Shown: one piece after another, positions 49,382-59,259 of the stretch
Layout: each line of letters begins with the position of its first letter
Numbering within the stretch: the first letter of the stretch is position 1
NCBI GenBank assembly: GCA_964291265.2
Contig: OZ219747.1
Location: 1,952,001-2,016,000 of the forward strand
Length of the DNA: 64,000 bases
Direction: 5' to 3'
DNA from: Alphaproteobacteria bacterium
GTDB lineage: Bacteria; Pseudomonadota; Alphaproteobacteria; SP197
Translations under genes and position numbers: made by a program
The notes under the pieces: generated by a model
Told to the model about the DNA's origin: nothing
What the model saw: only the letters and a program-made list of their open reading frames with translations
Database searches by the model: none

Positions 49382-50440
49382 ATGCCTTCTCGAAGACGGC
49401 CGGCCGGAGAGGGGGAGACGGTCATCGAGTGCCGGTCCGTCTACAAGATCTTCGGGCGTCATGCAAGGAGCCTGCTCGACGGCGCCAACGGGTTCATTGA
49501 CGCCGATGCAGCAAGGACTGCCGGTTGCATTGTCGGGGTCAACAACGCCTCCCTCGAGGTTCACGCCGGCGAACTCCTGGTTATCATGGGTCTGTCCGGT
49601 TCGGGCAAATCGACCCTGCTTCGTTGCATCTCCAGGCTGACTGAGGCGACCGCAGGCAGGATCTTCATCGAAGGGCAGGACCTCTTGGCCATGAACGGCC
49701 GGCAACTGCTGGACATGCGGCGCTCCAAGATGGGGATGGTGTTCCAGAACTTCGGCCTTCTACCCCACAAGACAGTGCTGGAGAACATTGCCTTCCCGCT
49801 CCAGATGAAGGGAGTAAAGACCCGGGACAGCATCTCGAGGGCGCGGGACATGGCGGAACTTGTCGGTCTCCAGGGTCGCGAAGACTACTTCCCCAGAGAA
49901 CTGTCTGGAGGGCAGCAGCAGCGGGTCGGAATCGCCCGCTCGCTGGCGGTCGAACCCGACATCTGGTTCCTTGACGAACCATTCTCGGCCCTTGACCCGC
50001 TCATCCGAAAGGAGATGCAAGACGAGTTCCTGAGACTCCAGGAGGTCCTCAACAAGACCATTCTCTTCGTCACCCATGATTTCGACGAGGCGCTTCGCCT
50101 GGCCGACCGTATCGCCATCATGAAGGAAGGCATCATCGAGCAGCTCGATACGCCGGCCAACATCATTCTTCAGCCGGCCACGGAATACGTCCGCAAGTTT
50201 ACCCAGGACGTGCCCCGGGAGAAGGTCCTGAAGATCGAGGCGGTCATGGATCCGGTTGACGAGGCGGAAGAACTCTCCGACCTCAGAGTCTCTAAGGATT
50301 CAATCATCGAGACGGTTGCCGAAGCGATCCTGAACCAGACGCGACCTGTCGGCGTGGTTGATGCCGACGCCAGGCTCATTGGCAGTCTCCACGCTTCCCA
50401 CGTGATCAATGTCCTCTTCGGCACCAGCCGGGGGACATGA
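49382..50440 (+). CDS. ProV/TmoW-like ABC ATP-binding protein
   Basis: GLSGSGKST, LSGGQQQRV, DEPFSALDPLIR. Confidence 0.93.
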   Translation: MPSRRRPAGEGETVIECRSVYKIFGRHARSLLDGANGFIDADAARTAGCIVGVNNASLEVHAGELLVIMGLSGSGKSTLLRCISRLTEATAGRIFIEGQDLLAMNGRQLLDMRRSKMGMVFQNFGLLPHKTVLENIAFPLQMKGVKTRDSISRARDMAELVGLQGREDYFPRELSGGQQQRVGIARSLAVEPDIWFLDEPFSALDPLIRKEMQDEFLRLQEVLNKTILFVTHDFDEALRLADRIAIMKEGIIEQLDTPANIILQPATEYVRKFTQDVPREKVLKIEAVMDPVDEAEELSDLRVSKDSIIETVAEAILNQTRPVGVVDADARLIGSLHASHVINVLFGTSRGT

Positions 50441-50450
50441 CCGGGCATCC

Positions 50451-52511
50451 ATGGCAGCACCACGGATACCCCGCAAGACCATCGGGTTCAGCGTCCTCTT
50501 CGCCGTTTTCCTGCTGCTGTGCGTGCTGGTCAATCCGTCGGACGCCAACTGGTTGTGGCGATTGCCGCCGCTGCTGAAGGACCTGCCGTTCATCATCAAC
50601 GACATGGTCCAGAACCTGCTCTTCGAATGGATGCCGATCGAGGTTTATGACCAGACGATCGATGACCATGAAACCAAACCCCTGTTCCGCGAGATGACGC
50701 GGGCGGTCTCAAGCATGATTCTTTTCATCATTGACGCTGTTCGCGAGGTCATGCTTGGCGGCGTCAAGACGTTCGTGGCCTTCACGGACTGGAACTTCAT
50801 CAACGAGAACCCATGGCTGCGCTGGCCTGCGCTGCCATGGACGGTGATCGCGGGCTGGGCCGTCGTTCTGGGCTACAGGCTCGAGGGAATCGGGCTGGCG
50901 GCCCTTGCTGCCTTCTCCACGGTTTACGTCTCCGTCTTCGGGCAGTGGGAGCCGTCGATGCAGACGCTCTCGTTCGTGCTGGTGGCGGCACCGGTGTCCG
51001 TGGCTCTTGGGCTGGGTCTCGGCATCTGGTCCTTCAGGAACAGAGCTGTCGAGGCGGCCCTCAATCCGCTTCTCAACGTGGCCCAGACGATGCCGCACTA
51101 CTCCTATCTTGTTCCTGTCATCGTCCTCTTCGGGGTCGGGGATCACGCGGCAGCCATCGCCACCATCATCTTTGCCACCCCGCCGATGGTGCGCCTCACG
51201 CTGCTCGGCCTGAAGAACGTGCCGGCGGATGTCGTCGAGGCTGGCATCATGAACGGGTGCGGCAGGTTCCAGCTGTTGTTCAGGGTTCTCGTGCCAACGG
51301 CCAAGCGCGATGTTCTCATCGGTGTCAACCAGGTGGTGATGCAGTGCCTGGCGATGACCGTGATCGCATCTTTCATCGGCGCCCAGGGTCTGGGATCGAA
51401 CCTGATGATTGCCTTGAATTCCCTCAAGGTCGGCACCGGCATCGAGATCGGTCTGTGCATCGTGCTGATCGCGGTGGTTCTCGACAGGATGTCGCTGGCA
51501 TGGGCCCACAAACAGACGGACTACTTTGCGGATCTTTCCTTTATCGAGCGCCACCGCCTGGTGATCATGCTGATAGCCATCCTGGTGACCGGGTGCCTGC
51601 TCGCTTGGGCGGGATCGTTCATTTTCGGGGAGGACCAAAACTACCTATACATCGTGCCGCACAACAAGGGCATCACGACAGCTCCCTTCTGGCAGGCTGC
51701 GGTCGACTGGATATGGGATACCTTCTTCTTCACCCTGAAGGGCTTCAACGAGTTCCTGATCACCCGGGTGCTCTTTCCGATGCGGGATCTCTATCTCGGC
51801 ATGCCGGTGGTCGCCACCTTCGTCCTGATGATGGGGATTGCATTCCTTCTCGATGGTGTGAAGTCAGCCCTCATCGTCGGCGGTTTCCTGCTCTTCATCG
51901 CCTTCTCCGAGTACTGGGACAGGGCTCTCATCACGGCCTACATGGCGTCCTTTGCCGTCATGGTGGCAGCCGTCTTCGGGCTCGTGGTGGGGACGTTGTG
52001 CGCACAGAACCGCCTGACGACGAGGGCGGCCCTCCTCGTCTGCGATTTCCTGCAGACATTCCCGTCCTTCATCTACCTCATTCCGGTGATCATGCTTTTC
52101 GGCATCACCGACACGTCGGTGATCATCGCCTCCGTGGTCTATGCCATGGTGCCGGCGACCCGCTATACGGTGGAAGGGTTGCGCAGCGTGCCTGAAGTGA
52201 TTCAACAAGCGGGTACGATGTCAGGTGTCTCGCGCATGCAGAGGCTGATTCAGATCGAGTTCCCGCTCGCCTTTCCACACATCATGCTGGGATTGAATCA
52301 GACGGTGATCTTCGGCCTCTTCATGGTGATCATCGGAGCCTTCATCGGCACCACCGATCTTGGCCAGCTCATCCTCGGGGCCATATCCGATCCCCGCGGA
52401 ACCGGCATCGGCCTCACGCTTGGCCTGTGTGTCGCCTTTATCGGCCTGGCCGTCGACCAGATCGTTCGCACCTGGGCCGAACGGCGCAAGAGAGAACTCG
52501 GTCTCGGCTGA
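50451..52511 (+). CDS. Double-length ProW/TmoV-like ABC permease
   Basis: Two permease repeats (QTMPHYSYLVP and QTFPSFIYLIP), each with an EAA-type loop. Confidence 0.92.
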   Translation: MAAPRIPRKTIGFSVLFAVFLLLCVLVNPSDANWLWRLPPLLKDLPFIINDMVQNLLFEWMPIEVYDQTIDDHETKPLFREMTRAVSSMILFIIDAVREVMLGGVKTFVAFTDWNFINENPWLRWPALPWTVIAGWAVVLGYRLEGIGLAALAAFSTVYVSVFGQWEPSMQTLSFVLVAAPVSVALGLGLGIWSFRNRAVEAALNPLLNVAQTMPHYSYLVPVIVLFGVGDHAAAIATIIFATPPMVRLTLLGLKNVPADVVEAGIMNGCGRFQLLFRVLVPTAKRDVLIGVNQVVMQCLAMTVIASFIGAQGLGSNLMIALNSLKVGTGIEIGLCIVLIAVVLDRMSLAWAHKQTDYFADLSFIERHRLVIMLIAILVTGCLLAWAGSFIFGEDQNYLYIVPHNKGITTAPFWQAAVDWIWDTFFFTLKGFNEFLITRVLFPMRDLYLGMPVVATFVLMMGIAFLLDGVKSALIVGGFLLFIAFSEYWDRALITAYMASFAVMVAAVFGLVVGTLCAQNRLTTRAALLVCDFLQTFPSFIYLIPVIMLFGITDTSVIIASVVYAMVPATRYTVEGLRSVPEVIQQAGTMSGVSRMQRLIQIEFPLAFPHIMLGLNQTVIFGLFMVIIGAFIGTTDLGQLILGAISDPRGTGIGLTLGLCVAFIGLAVDQIVRTWAERRKRELGLG

Positions 52512-52647
52512 CTGTCTCTCAAGACTTCAGGGCACTCCGGTTCAGCCAACGGCCACCCGGCACACATGGCCCGGTTTTGGGGCTGCAATGGTGGCGGCTC
52601 CACCTGATACGGCTGTTTCCGAACTGCCGGCCCTCATGCCGGGTTCC

Positions 52648-53652
52648 CTACTTCCAGACGGTTTCGGCGACCCGCATGAAGTTGCCGCCCATGATGGCGC
52701 GGACATCCCGCTCGCAGTACCGGCGCCGGAACAGCTCCTCGGCGAGTTCGAGGACCTGGCCCGGTGCAGCACAGGTGATGTCGGGGCAGTCGTACTGGGC
52801 CTTCGGCCAGTAGTCCGTGTTGCGCTCGAGGACGCTTCCGAGACCCTCACCCCCGTCAGCGTCGCTTTCGAAGGCATAGTCGAGGCCGATGCCGACATGC
52901 TCGGGCCCGAGTAGAGTGACGTAGTGGTCGACATGATCCGCCATGGTCGTCGTGCGGATGTCGTTGTCGCCAAGAAAGATGCCGATTCCGACGATGCCCA
53001 CGACACCGCCTGTTGCCGCGCAGGCCTTCGCCTGGTCATCGCGGATGTTGCGCTCGTGATCGCGCAGCGCCCGGGCATTGGAATGCGAGAAGATGCATGG
53101 CGCCATGGAGATTTCCATCGCCTCCATGGAGGACGAGTAGCTGGTGTGTGAACAGTCGACGATCATGCCGAGTCTGTTCATCTCGCCGATCACGGCTCTG
53201 CCGAACTCAGTCAGGCCGATGTCCTCGTCGTGGCAGCCGCCGCCGGCAAGGTTGTTCCTGTTGTAGGCAACGAGCATCTGGCGGACACCGAGATGATGGT
53301 ACATCTCGACCATATCCAGCGAGCCATCGAGAGCATTCATCCCTTCGAGATCAAAACTCACCGCGAGTTTGCCGGCCTTCCTTGCCGCACGGACCCCGTC
53401 GACCGAGGAGACGAGTTCATAACCCTCGCTGGCAAGAATCCAGCGCCGGAAGGCTGCCAGCGACTTGATCGAATCACGCCAGTCCATGACATCGTAGCCG
53501 ACGTTGACGCTGAGATAGTGAACGCCAGCATCCTTCCAGATCCGCAGCTTGCCGAGTTCGACGCCGGGATCGGGGCCAAATCCTGCGTGATCGTCCCAGA
53601 TGATGGCATCGCGAAAGAGCCGCTCCGCCGCCTGTCTCGGTGTGTCGGGCAT
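52648..53652 (-). CDS. Membrane dipeptidase (M19) family protein
   Basis: WDDH, DCSH, FSHSNA, RNIRDDQ, HVGIGLDY, IMGGNFMRV. Confidence 0.9.
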   Translation of the reverse strand: MPDTPRQAAERLFRDAIIWDDHAGFGPDPGVELGKLRIWKDAGVHYLSVNVGYDVMDWRDSIKSLAAFRRWILASEGYELVSSVDGVRAARKAGKLAVSFDLEGMNALDGSLDMVEMYHHLGVRQMLVAYNRNNLAGGGCHDEDIGLTEFGRAVIGEMNRLGMIVDCSHTSYSSSMEAMEISMAPCIFSHSNARALRDHERNIRDDQAKACAATGGVVGIVGIGIFLGDNDIRTTTMADHVDHYVTLLGPEHVGIGLDYAFESDADGGEGLGSVLERNTDYWPKAQYDCPDITCAAPGQVLELAEELFRRRYCERDVRAIMGGNFMRVAETVWK

Positions 53653-53785
53653 GGCGTTTTCCTCCTCGTTGGAGTCCTCGCTGTCATCATAGCACCGAGG
53701 CAGGGCCTGTCATCGGGATCTCGGTCTTGATTGTCGGGGTCGGGCGGTGTCCACTCGGGATCGTTTCCTCGTGAAGGAGGACGTT

Positions 53786-56080
53786 ATGTCCGGGCCGATT
53801 GCGTTGGAGCTGATGGGTGAGGTGTGGCCCACTGCCGAGCCGGGCGCCGGTCCCGGTGACCGGGGGACGGCGGCGCTGGAGTGCCGGGAGCCTGTGGAGA
53901 TCCGCTCCTTCCAGACCATCGTCCTCACCTACACGGTCGGGCGCTTCGGCCTCGATGACACGGGCGGCATCAAGGTCGTCCAGCGCTTTGCGAACGATGG
54001 AGGACGCTGGCAGACCGACGATCCGACAGCCATGAACTACTGCACCGCAAGGGCGAGCAACGGCTGTCATCTGATGATCAGGGTAGAGCCAGGCGGACAC
54101 CAGAGGCCATGGGACCGTTCGCTCAGGATCATCGTCACCCACGGATCCATGACCTGTGGCGACCGGATCGAGGTGGTCTTCGGCGATCGTTCGGGCGGGT
54201 CGCCCGGGTTGCGCATGCAGACCTTTGCCGAGAGTGCGCACGAATTCCGCGTGCTTGTCGATGCCTGTGCCACGGGACACTTCCTTCCCGTTCCCGATCG
54301 CCCTTTCGTCAGCGTGGTTCCCGGCGAGGTCGCTTCCTGGCATGTCGTTCTGCCGACACGGCGGCGCCCCGGCTCATCCTTCGCCCTGTCGATCCGGGCG
54401 GAGGATGCGTGGAGCAATCCCACCGGCAAGGCGCAGGGCCCGTTCCACCTTGCGGCAAGCGGCACGATCAACGGTCTGCCGTCTGTCATCGACTGGCGCC
54501 TTGGCGAGGAGTTCCTGCGTATCGGGGGCCTTTCCTGTCCGAACGAAGGCGATGTGGCCGTGAGGCTCCTCGCCGTGGACGGCCGGACACTCGCCACGTC
54601 GAACCCCCTCGTGGTGGAGGCGGGCGTTGCGGAGACATTCTGGGGGGACCTCCACGGGCAGAGCGGCGAGACCGTCGGCATCAACACGATCGAGGAGTAC
54701 TTCACGTTCGCCCGGGACCGCGCCTTTCTCGACGTCACGAGCCACCAGGCCAACGACTTCCAGATCAACGCCCCGTTCTGGCGCCGCATCAACGATGTTG
54801 CAGCCGCCTTCAACGAGGACGGGCGGTTCGTGACCTTCCCTGGTTACGAATGGTCCGGCAACACCTCCATGGGAGGGGACCACAATGTCTTCTTCAGGCA
54901 CGAGGGACGCGCCATTCGCCGCTCGTCCCATGCCCTGCTTCACGAACGAAGTGGACTCGCCGGCGATGTCAACACCTCGGGCGAACTCTTCGAAGCCCTT
55001 TCCGGCGAGGACTGCGTGGTCTTTGCCCATATCGGCGGACGCCCGGCCGACATCGCGGCGGCCGACGGCGGCGCACTCCGCACGGCGGTGGAGATCCACT
55101 CGAACTGGGGCACCTTCGAGTGGCTGATGGCCGAGAGTTTTGCTCTCGGATACCGTCACGGCCTCGTCTGCAACAGCGATGTGCACAAGGGTCGTCCGGG
55201 AGCGTCCCATCCAGGAGCCTCGGAGTTTGGCGCCTACGGCGGCCTGACCTGCTTTCTTGCCGATCACCTGACCCGGGACGGGATCTTCCGCTCCCTTCGC
55301 CGCAGGCATCACTACGGGACAACAGGGTGCCGTCTCCATATGGACGTGCGCGTGATGTTCGACGAACCGGCCACTCGCTTCGACGCCGATCCCCGCCTTG
55401 GCCCCGCGGACTCCTGTCCTGCCGCGACACTCCTCATGGGTGACATCGCCTCCACCGCCCTGAGGGCCACCCGCCTCCGGTTGGACGTGGTCGCGCACGC
55501 ACCGATCCTGCGCATCGACGTCCTCAATGGCGCCGGTGTGGTCGCATCCCTGCCTGGATACCGGTCTCGGTCCACCGATACGAGGTTGAGGGTTCTCTTT
55601 CACGGCGCCGAGTATCGCGGCCGCGGCCGGCAGACCCGGTGGCGGGGCAGGGCCAGGTTTGACGGAACCGGCATCCGGAACTTCTCCACCGTCTGCGCCT
55701 GGAACCACGAGCGCCCGCTCCATCGCCACGGTGAGAGAGAGGTGGTCTTCGACGTGCTCACCACCGGCAACTCTGTCGGGTTCGATGCGGGTCTCGAGAC
55801 CTGGTCGGGGCGCCTTGTACTCGGCGCCGGACATGTCGACATCACCGTGCCCTTGCAGGATATGGGCGAAGAACCTCTCGTCATCGATGCCGGTGGGCTG
55901 GAACGCCATGTGTCCCTGACGCGTCTGCCCGAAGAACTGACGATGATGCGGATGACCGAAACCCTTGACGTCGCCCTCCATGATCAGGGCGACAATCCGC
56001 TGTGGATCAGGGTCACCACAGAAGACGGTCACCGGGCCTGGTCGAGCCCGGTCTATGTCTTTCGTCAGGCCGGTTCATGA
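53786..56080 (+). CDS. DUF3604 family (PHP-like metallohydrolase) protein
   Basis: FWGDLHGQSGET, FPGYEWS, CNSDVHKGRPG, RRRHHYGTTG, AWSSPV; AAGGAGG RBS. Confidence 0.82.
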   Translation: MSGPIALELMGEVWPTAEPGAGPGDRGTAALECREPVEIRSFQTIVLTYTVGRFGLDDTGGIKVVQRFANDGGRWQTDDPTAMNYCTARASNGCHLMIRVEPGGHQRPWDRSLRIIVTHGSMTCGDRIEVVFGDRSGGSPGLRMQTFAESAHEFRVLVDACATGHFLPVPDRPFVSVVPGEVASWHVVLPTRRRPGSSFALSIRAEDAWSNPTGKAQGPFHLAASGTINGLPSVIDWRLGEEFLRIGGLSCPNEGDVAVRLLAVDGRTLATSNPLVVEAGVAETFWGDLHGQSGETVGINTIEEYFTFARDRAFLDVTSHQANDFQINAPFWRRINDVAAAFNEDGRFVTFPGYEWSGNTSMGGDHNVFFRHEGRAIRRSSHALLHERSGLAGDVNTSGELFEALSGEDCVVFAHIGGRPADIAAADGGALRTAVEIHSNWGTFEWLMAESFALGYRHGLVCNSDVHKGRPGASHPGASEFGAYGGLTCFLADHLTRDGIFRSLRRRHHYGTTGCRLHMDVRVMFDEPATRFDADPRLGPADSCPAATLLMGDIASTALRATRLRLDVVAHAPILRIDVLNGAGVVASLPGYRSRSTDTRLRVLFHGAEYRGRGRQTRWRGRARFDGTGIRNFSTVCAWNHERPLHRHGEREVVFDVLTTGNSVGFDAGLETWSGRLVLGAGHVDITVPLQDMGEEPLVIDAGGLERHVSLTRLPEELTMMRMTETLDVALHDQGDNPLWIRVTTEDGHRAWSSPVYVFRQAGS

Positions 56081-56718
56081 AGTTCATCGCTGCTCTTGCC
56101 TTCCTGCTCCTGACACCGGAGTGGGCTTCGGCCCGCACCGTCATGTTCGACGGGAGCTGGCAGGACGAGTCCTTTGTGTTTCAGTCCGCCAACGACTACA
56201 TCCAGGAAGGCGCCCGGTTGAGGATTCTGTCCGATGACAGCGTGTCCATTCTCTGGCGCCCCGCTCCGCACGATGTCCGCCACGCCCGCCGGGCGAGCTG
56301 GTACTGGGTGGTGCAGCGGGGCGTGGCGCCCACGGATCTCTCGCTCAAGGGTGGTGACGACCGCAACATCGCTCTCTACTTCCTGTTCGCGCCCAGGGAA
56401 CTCGCGGACGACCTGGAGGACGCGTCCCCCGATCGCGTCTTCCAGCACGAGGCGGTGCGCATGCTCGTCTACGTCAGGGGCGGACACCACGAACCCGGCA
56501 CGATCGTCAGCAGCCCCTACCTGGAGCCGCGCGGTGTTCTGGTTCCTCTCAGGGGAGCCGGGAACGGCACATTCGCCGAGTCGGTCGATCTCGACGCCGA
56601 TTTTCGCCGGGCCTTCGGCTCGCCGCCCGGCGTCCTCCTTGGTCTCGGCATCTCGGCGGACAGCGATGACACCGACGGCATCATCGAGGCGGAGCTTGGC
56701 AACCTCGTCATCGAATGA
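56077..56718 (+). CDS. DUF3047 family exported protein
   Basis: Signal peptide; KGGDDRNIALYF, ESVDLDADFRRAFG, ISADSDDT. Confidence 0.85.
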   Translation: MKFIAALAFLLLTPEWASARTVMFDGSWQDESFVFQSANDYIQEGARLRILSDDSVSILWRPAPHDVRHARRASWYWVVQRGVAPTDLSLKGGDDRNIALYFLFAPRELADDLEDASPDRVFQHEAVRMLVYVRGGHHEPGTIVSSPYLEPRGVLVPLRGAGNGTFAESVDLDADFRRAFGSPPGVLLGLGISADSDDTDGIIEAELGNLVIE

Positions 56719-56887
56719 CGTCGCACCGGCTTGCAGCGCTGAGTGGAACCAGCCCCCGGGAAACGGCCTCGATACGATAGCGGCACTCCGCTTGGTTGGC
56801 AGACTCTCTGCAAGGCACATGCTGCGGCGATCTCCCATGGTGCGTTTTCGGCATCATGTTATCATCGATCCGTGACCGAATGACGAG

Positions 56888-58255
56888 ATGCCCATGGAGT
56901 CGGTAAGCCTCAGGAACTACCGCTGTTTCCGCGACGACCAGAGGGCGCGTCTTGCGCCGCTCACCTTGCTGGTCGGTGACAACAGCACAGGCAAGACCTC
57001 CTTCATGGCCATGATCCGGGTGTTGTCGGACATGGCCTGGCAGTTCAAGGTTCCCGATTTCAAGGAAGAACCCTATGACCTGGGACGTTTCGACGAGATT
57101 GCCCACCACCGGGGCAGGCGAGGTGGACGGGCCGACATGTTCGAAGCCGCATTCGAGACCACCTCGAAAGTCGCCGGGAAGTCCGATCGCCCGCACAAAT
57201 CGAAGGTGTTGGCGTTCGCGTTCGCCTTCGAGAAGAACGGGACAGTGCCAGTCCCGGCTCGCCGCCGCCTGACGCGTGGCGAAGTCTGGATCGAGGAACA
57301 CCTCAGGAAGGGCGTGTCTCAGGAGCTGCGCATGGGCACTTCAAGGGGCTCGTGGAAGATCAAACTTGATCCTGGACTGACATTGGCGAATCCGTTCCGG
57401 GAAACGATGTTGCCCCTGCATATGCCCCTGACGTTCTGGTTGTCCGGCAGGCGCGGGGATGAGAAACAGGAGTTCGAGCCCCTGGGCAATTCGCCGGGAG
57501 TGACCGATCAAGACCTCGGAGATGTCCAACGCGTTCAACGTGACGCCCATTTGACCCGCAACAGGCGGACCCTTTATGCGAGCGCTCCGGTTCGAGCCAG
57601 GCCGCGCCGGACGTATGACCCGGCGCGGGCGTTGTCGGACCCTGAAGGCGACCATGTGCCCATGTACCTCGCGAACCTGTTCTTCCAGGACAGGAGGAGG
57701 TGGACAGCTCTCAAGCAGGCGCTGGAGGACTTCGGACGAGCGTCCGGCCTCTTCGATGAAATCGGCATCAGGCAGTTGGGAAAGCGCGAGAGTGAACCGT
57801 TCCAGATTCAGGTCAGGAAGTACGGCAACAGACTGAAGGGGCCATCACGCAACCTGATCGATGTCGGGTATGGAGTGAGCCAGGTGTTGCCGGTCATCAC
57901 GGAGCTGCTCCGCCGCGATGCTCCGTCGATGTTTCTGCTGCAACAGCCGGAAGTTCATCTTCACCCCAGTGCACAGGCCGCTCTCGGGAGTCTGTTCTGC
58001 ACGGTTGCCGGCCCCGGGAGGCAACTCATCGTGGAGACGCACAGCGATCACATGCTTGATTGCATTCGCATGGACATACGAGATGGCCAGGGGAATCTCG
58101 GACCTGACGATGTGTCGATTCTCTTCTTTGAGCGGAGCGAACTGGACGTTCACATCCATTCTCTCGGCCTCGACAAGGCAGGCAATGTTCTGGGTGCTCC
58201 CGAGGGATATCGCCGGTTCTTCATGGAAGAGGTTGAACGGTCTCTGGGATCGTAG
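56888..58255 (+). CDS. ABC-type ATPase (AAA_21/DUF3696-like, defence-associated clade)
   Basis: LRNYRCF, GDNSTGKTS Walker A, DVGYGVSQVLP signature, LLQQPEVHLHP, IVETHS. Confidence 0.9.
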   Translation: MPMESVSLRNYRCFRDDQRARLAPLTLLVGDNSTGKTSFMAMIRVLSDMAWQFKVPDFKEEPYDLGRFDEIAHHRGRRGGRADMFEAAFETTSKVAGKSDRPHKSKVLAFAFAFEKNGTVPVPARRRLTRGEVWIEEHLRKGVSQELRMGTSRGSWKIKLDPGLTLANPFRETMLPLHMPLTFWLSGRRGDEKQEFEPLGNSPGVTDQDLGDVQRVQRDAHLTRNRRTLYASAPVRARPRRTYDPARALSDPEGDHVPMYLANLFFQDRRRWTALKQALEDFGRASGLFDEIGIRQLGKRESEPFQIQVRKYGNRLKGPSRNLIDVGYGVSQVLPVITELLRRDAPSMFLLQQPEVHLHPSAQAALGSLFCTVAGPGRQLIVETHSDHMLDCIRMDIRDGQGNLGPDDVSILFFERSELDVHIHSLGLDKAGNVLGAPEGYRRFFMEEVERSLGS

Positions 58256-58257
58256 TC

Positions 58258-58725
58258 GTGTGCGCCATCGTGGATGCGAATGTTGTCGGCGAGGTGTTCG
58301 GCCGGGACAGGCCCGAGGCCGGAGAGAGGTTCTTCAGATGGCTGAACGACGGCAAGGGGCGTCTCGTCACAGGTGGGAGACTGTCCCGGGAACTCGGTCA
58401 ATCGCGACAGTACCTGGAGTGGTCCGTGCAGGCGCGCCTCGCTGGAGTGTTGTACGCCGAAGACGAGGATTCCGTCCGTGGCCGTGAGAATGCGATCCGC
58501 AATGGAGGGTTGTGCGAGTCCGACGATCCGCACATCATTGCTCTGGCGCAGATCAGTGGTGCTCGCCTGCTCTATACGAATGACCAGGCGTTGCAGAGAG
58601 ACTTTGGCAAGCGCGACCTGATTGCCGGTCCACGTGGCAAGGTTTGTTCGACGCTTCGACACAAGGATTACTCGGAAACCCACAGGAAACTGCTCTCGGA
58701 CAGGACCCTGTGTCGTTCCCGGTGA
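58258..58725 (+). CDS. PIN-like domain protein
   Basis: IVDANV (first Asp), SDDPHIIALA, LYTNDQAL acidic PIN pattern; 2 bp after the ATPase stop. Confidence 0.75.
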   Translation: MCAIVDANVVGEVFGRDRPEAGERFFRWLNDGKGRLVTGGRLSRELGQSRQYLEWSVQARLAGVLYAEDEDSVRGRENAIRNGGLCESDDPHIIALAQISGARLLYTNDQALQRDFGKRDLIAGPRGKVCSTLRHKDYSETHRKLLSDRTLCRSR

Positions 58726-59259
58726 CAACGGGTTCTGCGATGTGTCGGTCGCTTTCCGTGACGCCGCTCTTCTGCTTTCGCCGGCAGATGAAGGAGGTCA
58801 GCTCCTCGGCGATGTCGGGGTCCATGCCCTCATCCGGGAGGCATGGTTGATGAATGCCGGTCTGCCGTGAGGTTGAGCGGTATGCGAGTCGGGCTTCGAC
58901 ACCTCGGCCCCGACGTGGTGGAGTGGCTGAAGACCCCTGCCGCCGCGGACAGCCGGACCCGCCATGCTGCCATGGATCACCCTGCCGAGTCCTGAAACAC
59001 ACATCTTCGCCATCCCGCCGGTTCTCATTGAAACCTTCGTCCATACACCGTGCTGCACCGGGACTGTCTGCAAGGATGGAACCGTGTCGGCGCCACGAAA
59101 GGGCGCTGTCGCCACGACAAACCAAGGACACACCTGGCGGAGACCACTGCAAGCGAACTGGAGACGCATCGGCAATCGGCGACAATCACCGGCGATTGCC
59201 TCGTGACCGAACGCCTGCCTGGAATGAACCGACGACATGAGTATCAAGGGAAGCGCACA

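Noticed and set aside
7277-56032. Long antisense ORFs (e.g. 7277-8920 +, 15147-16940 -, 23552-25222 -, 33252-35561 -, 54374-56032 -)
   Set aside because: Shadow ORFs opposite well-supported genes, expected in high-GC DNA; no recognisable motifs
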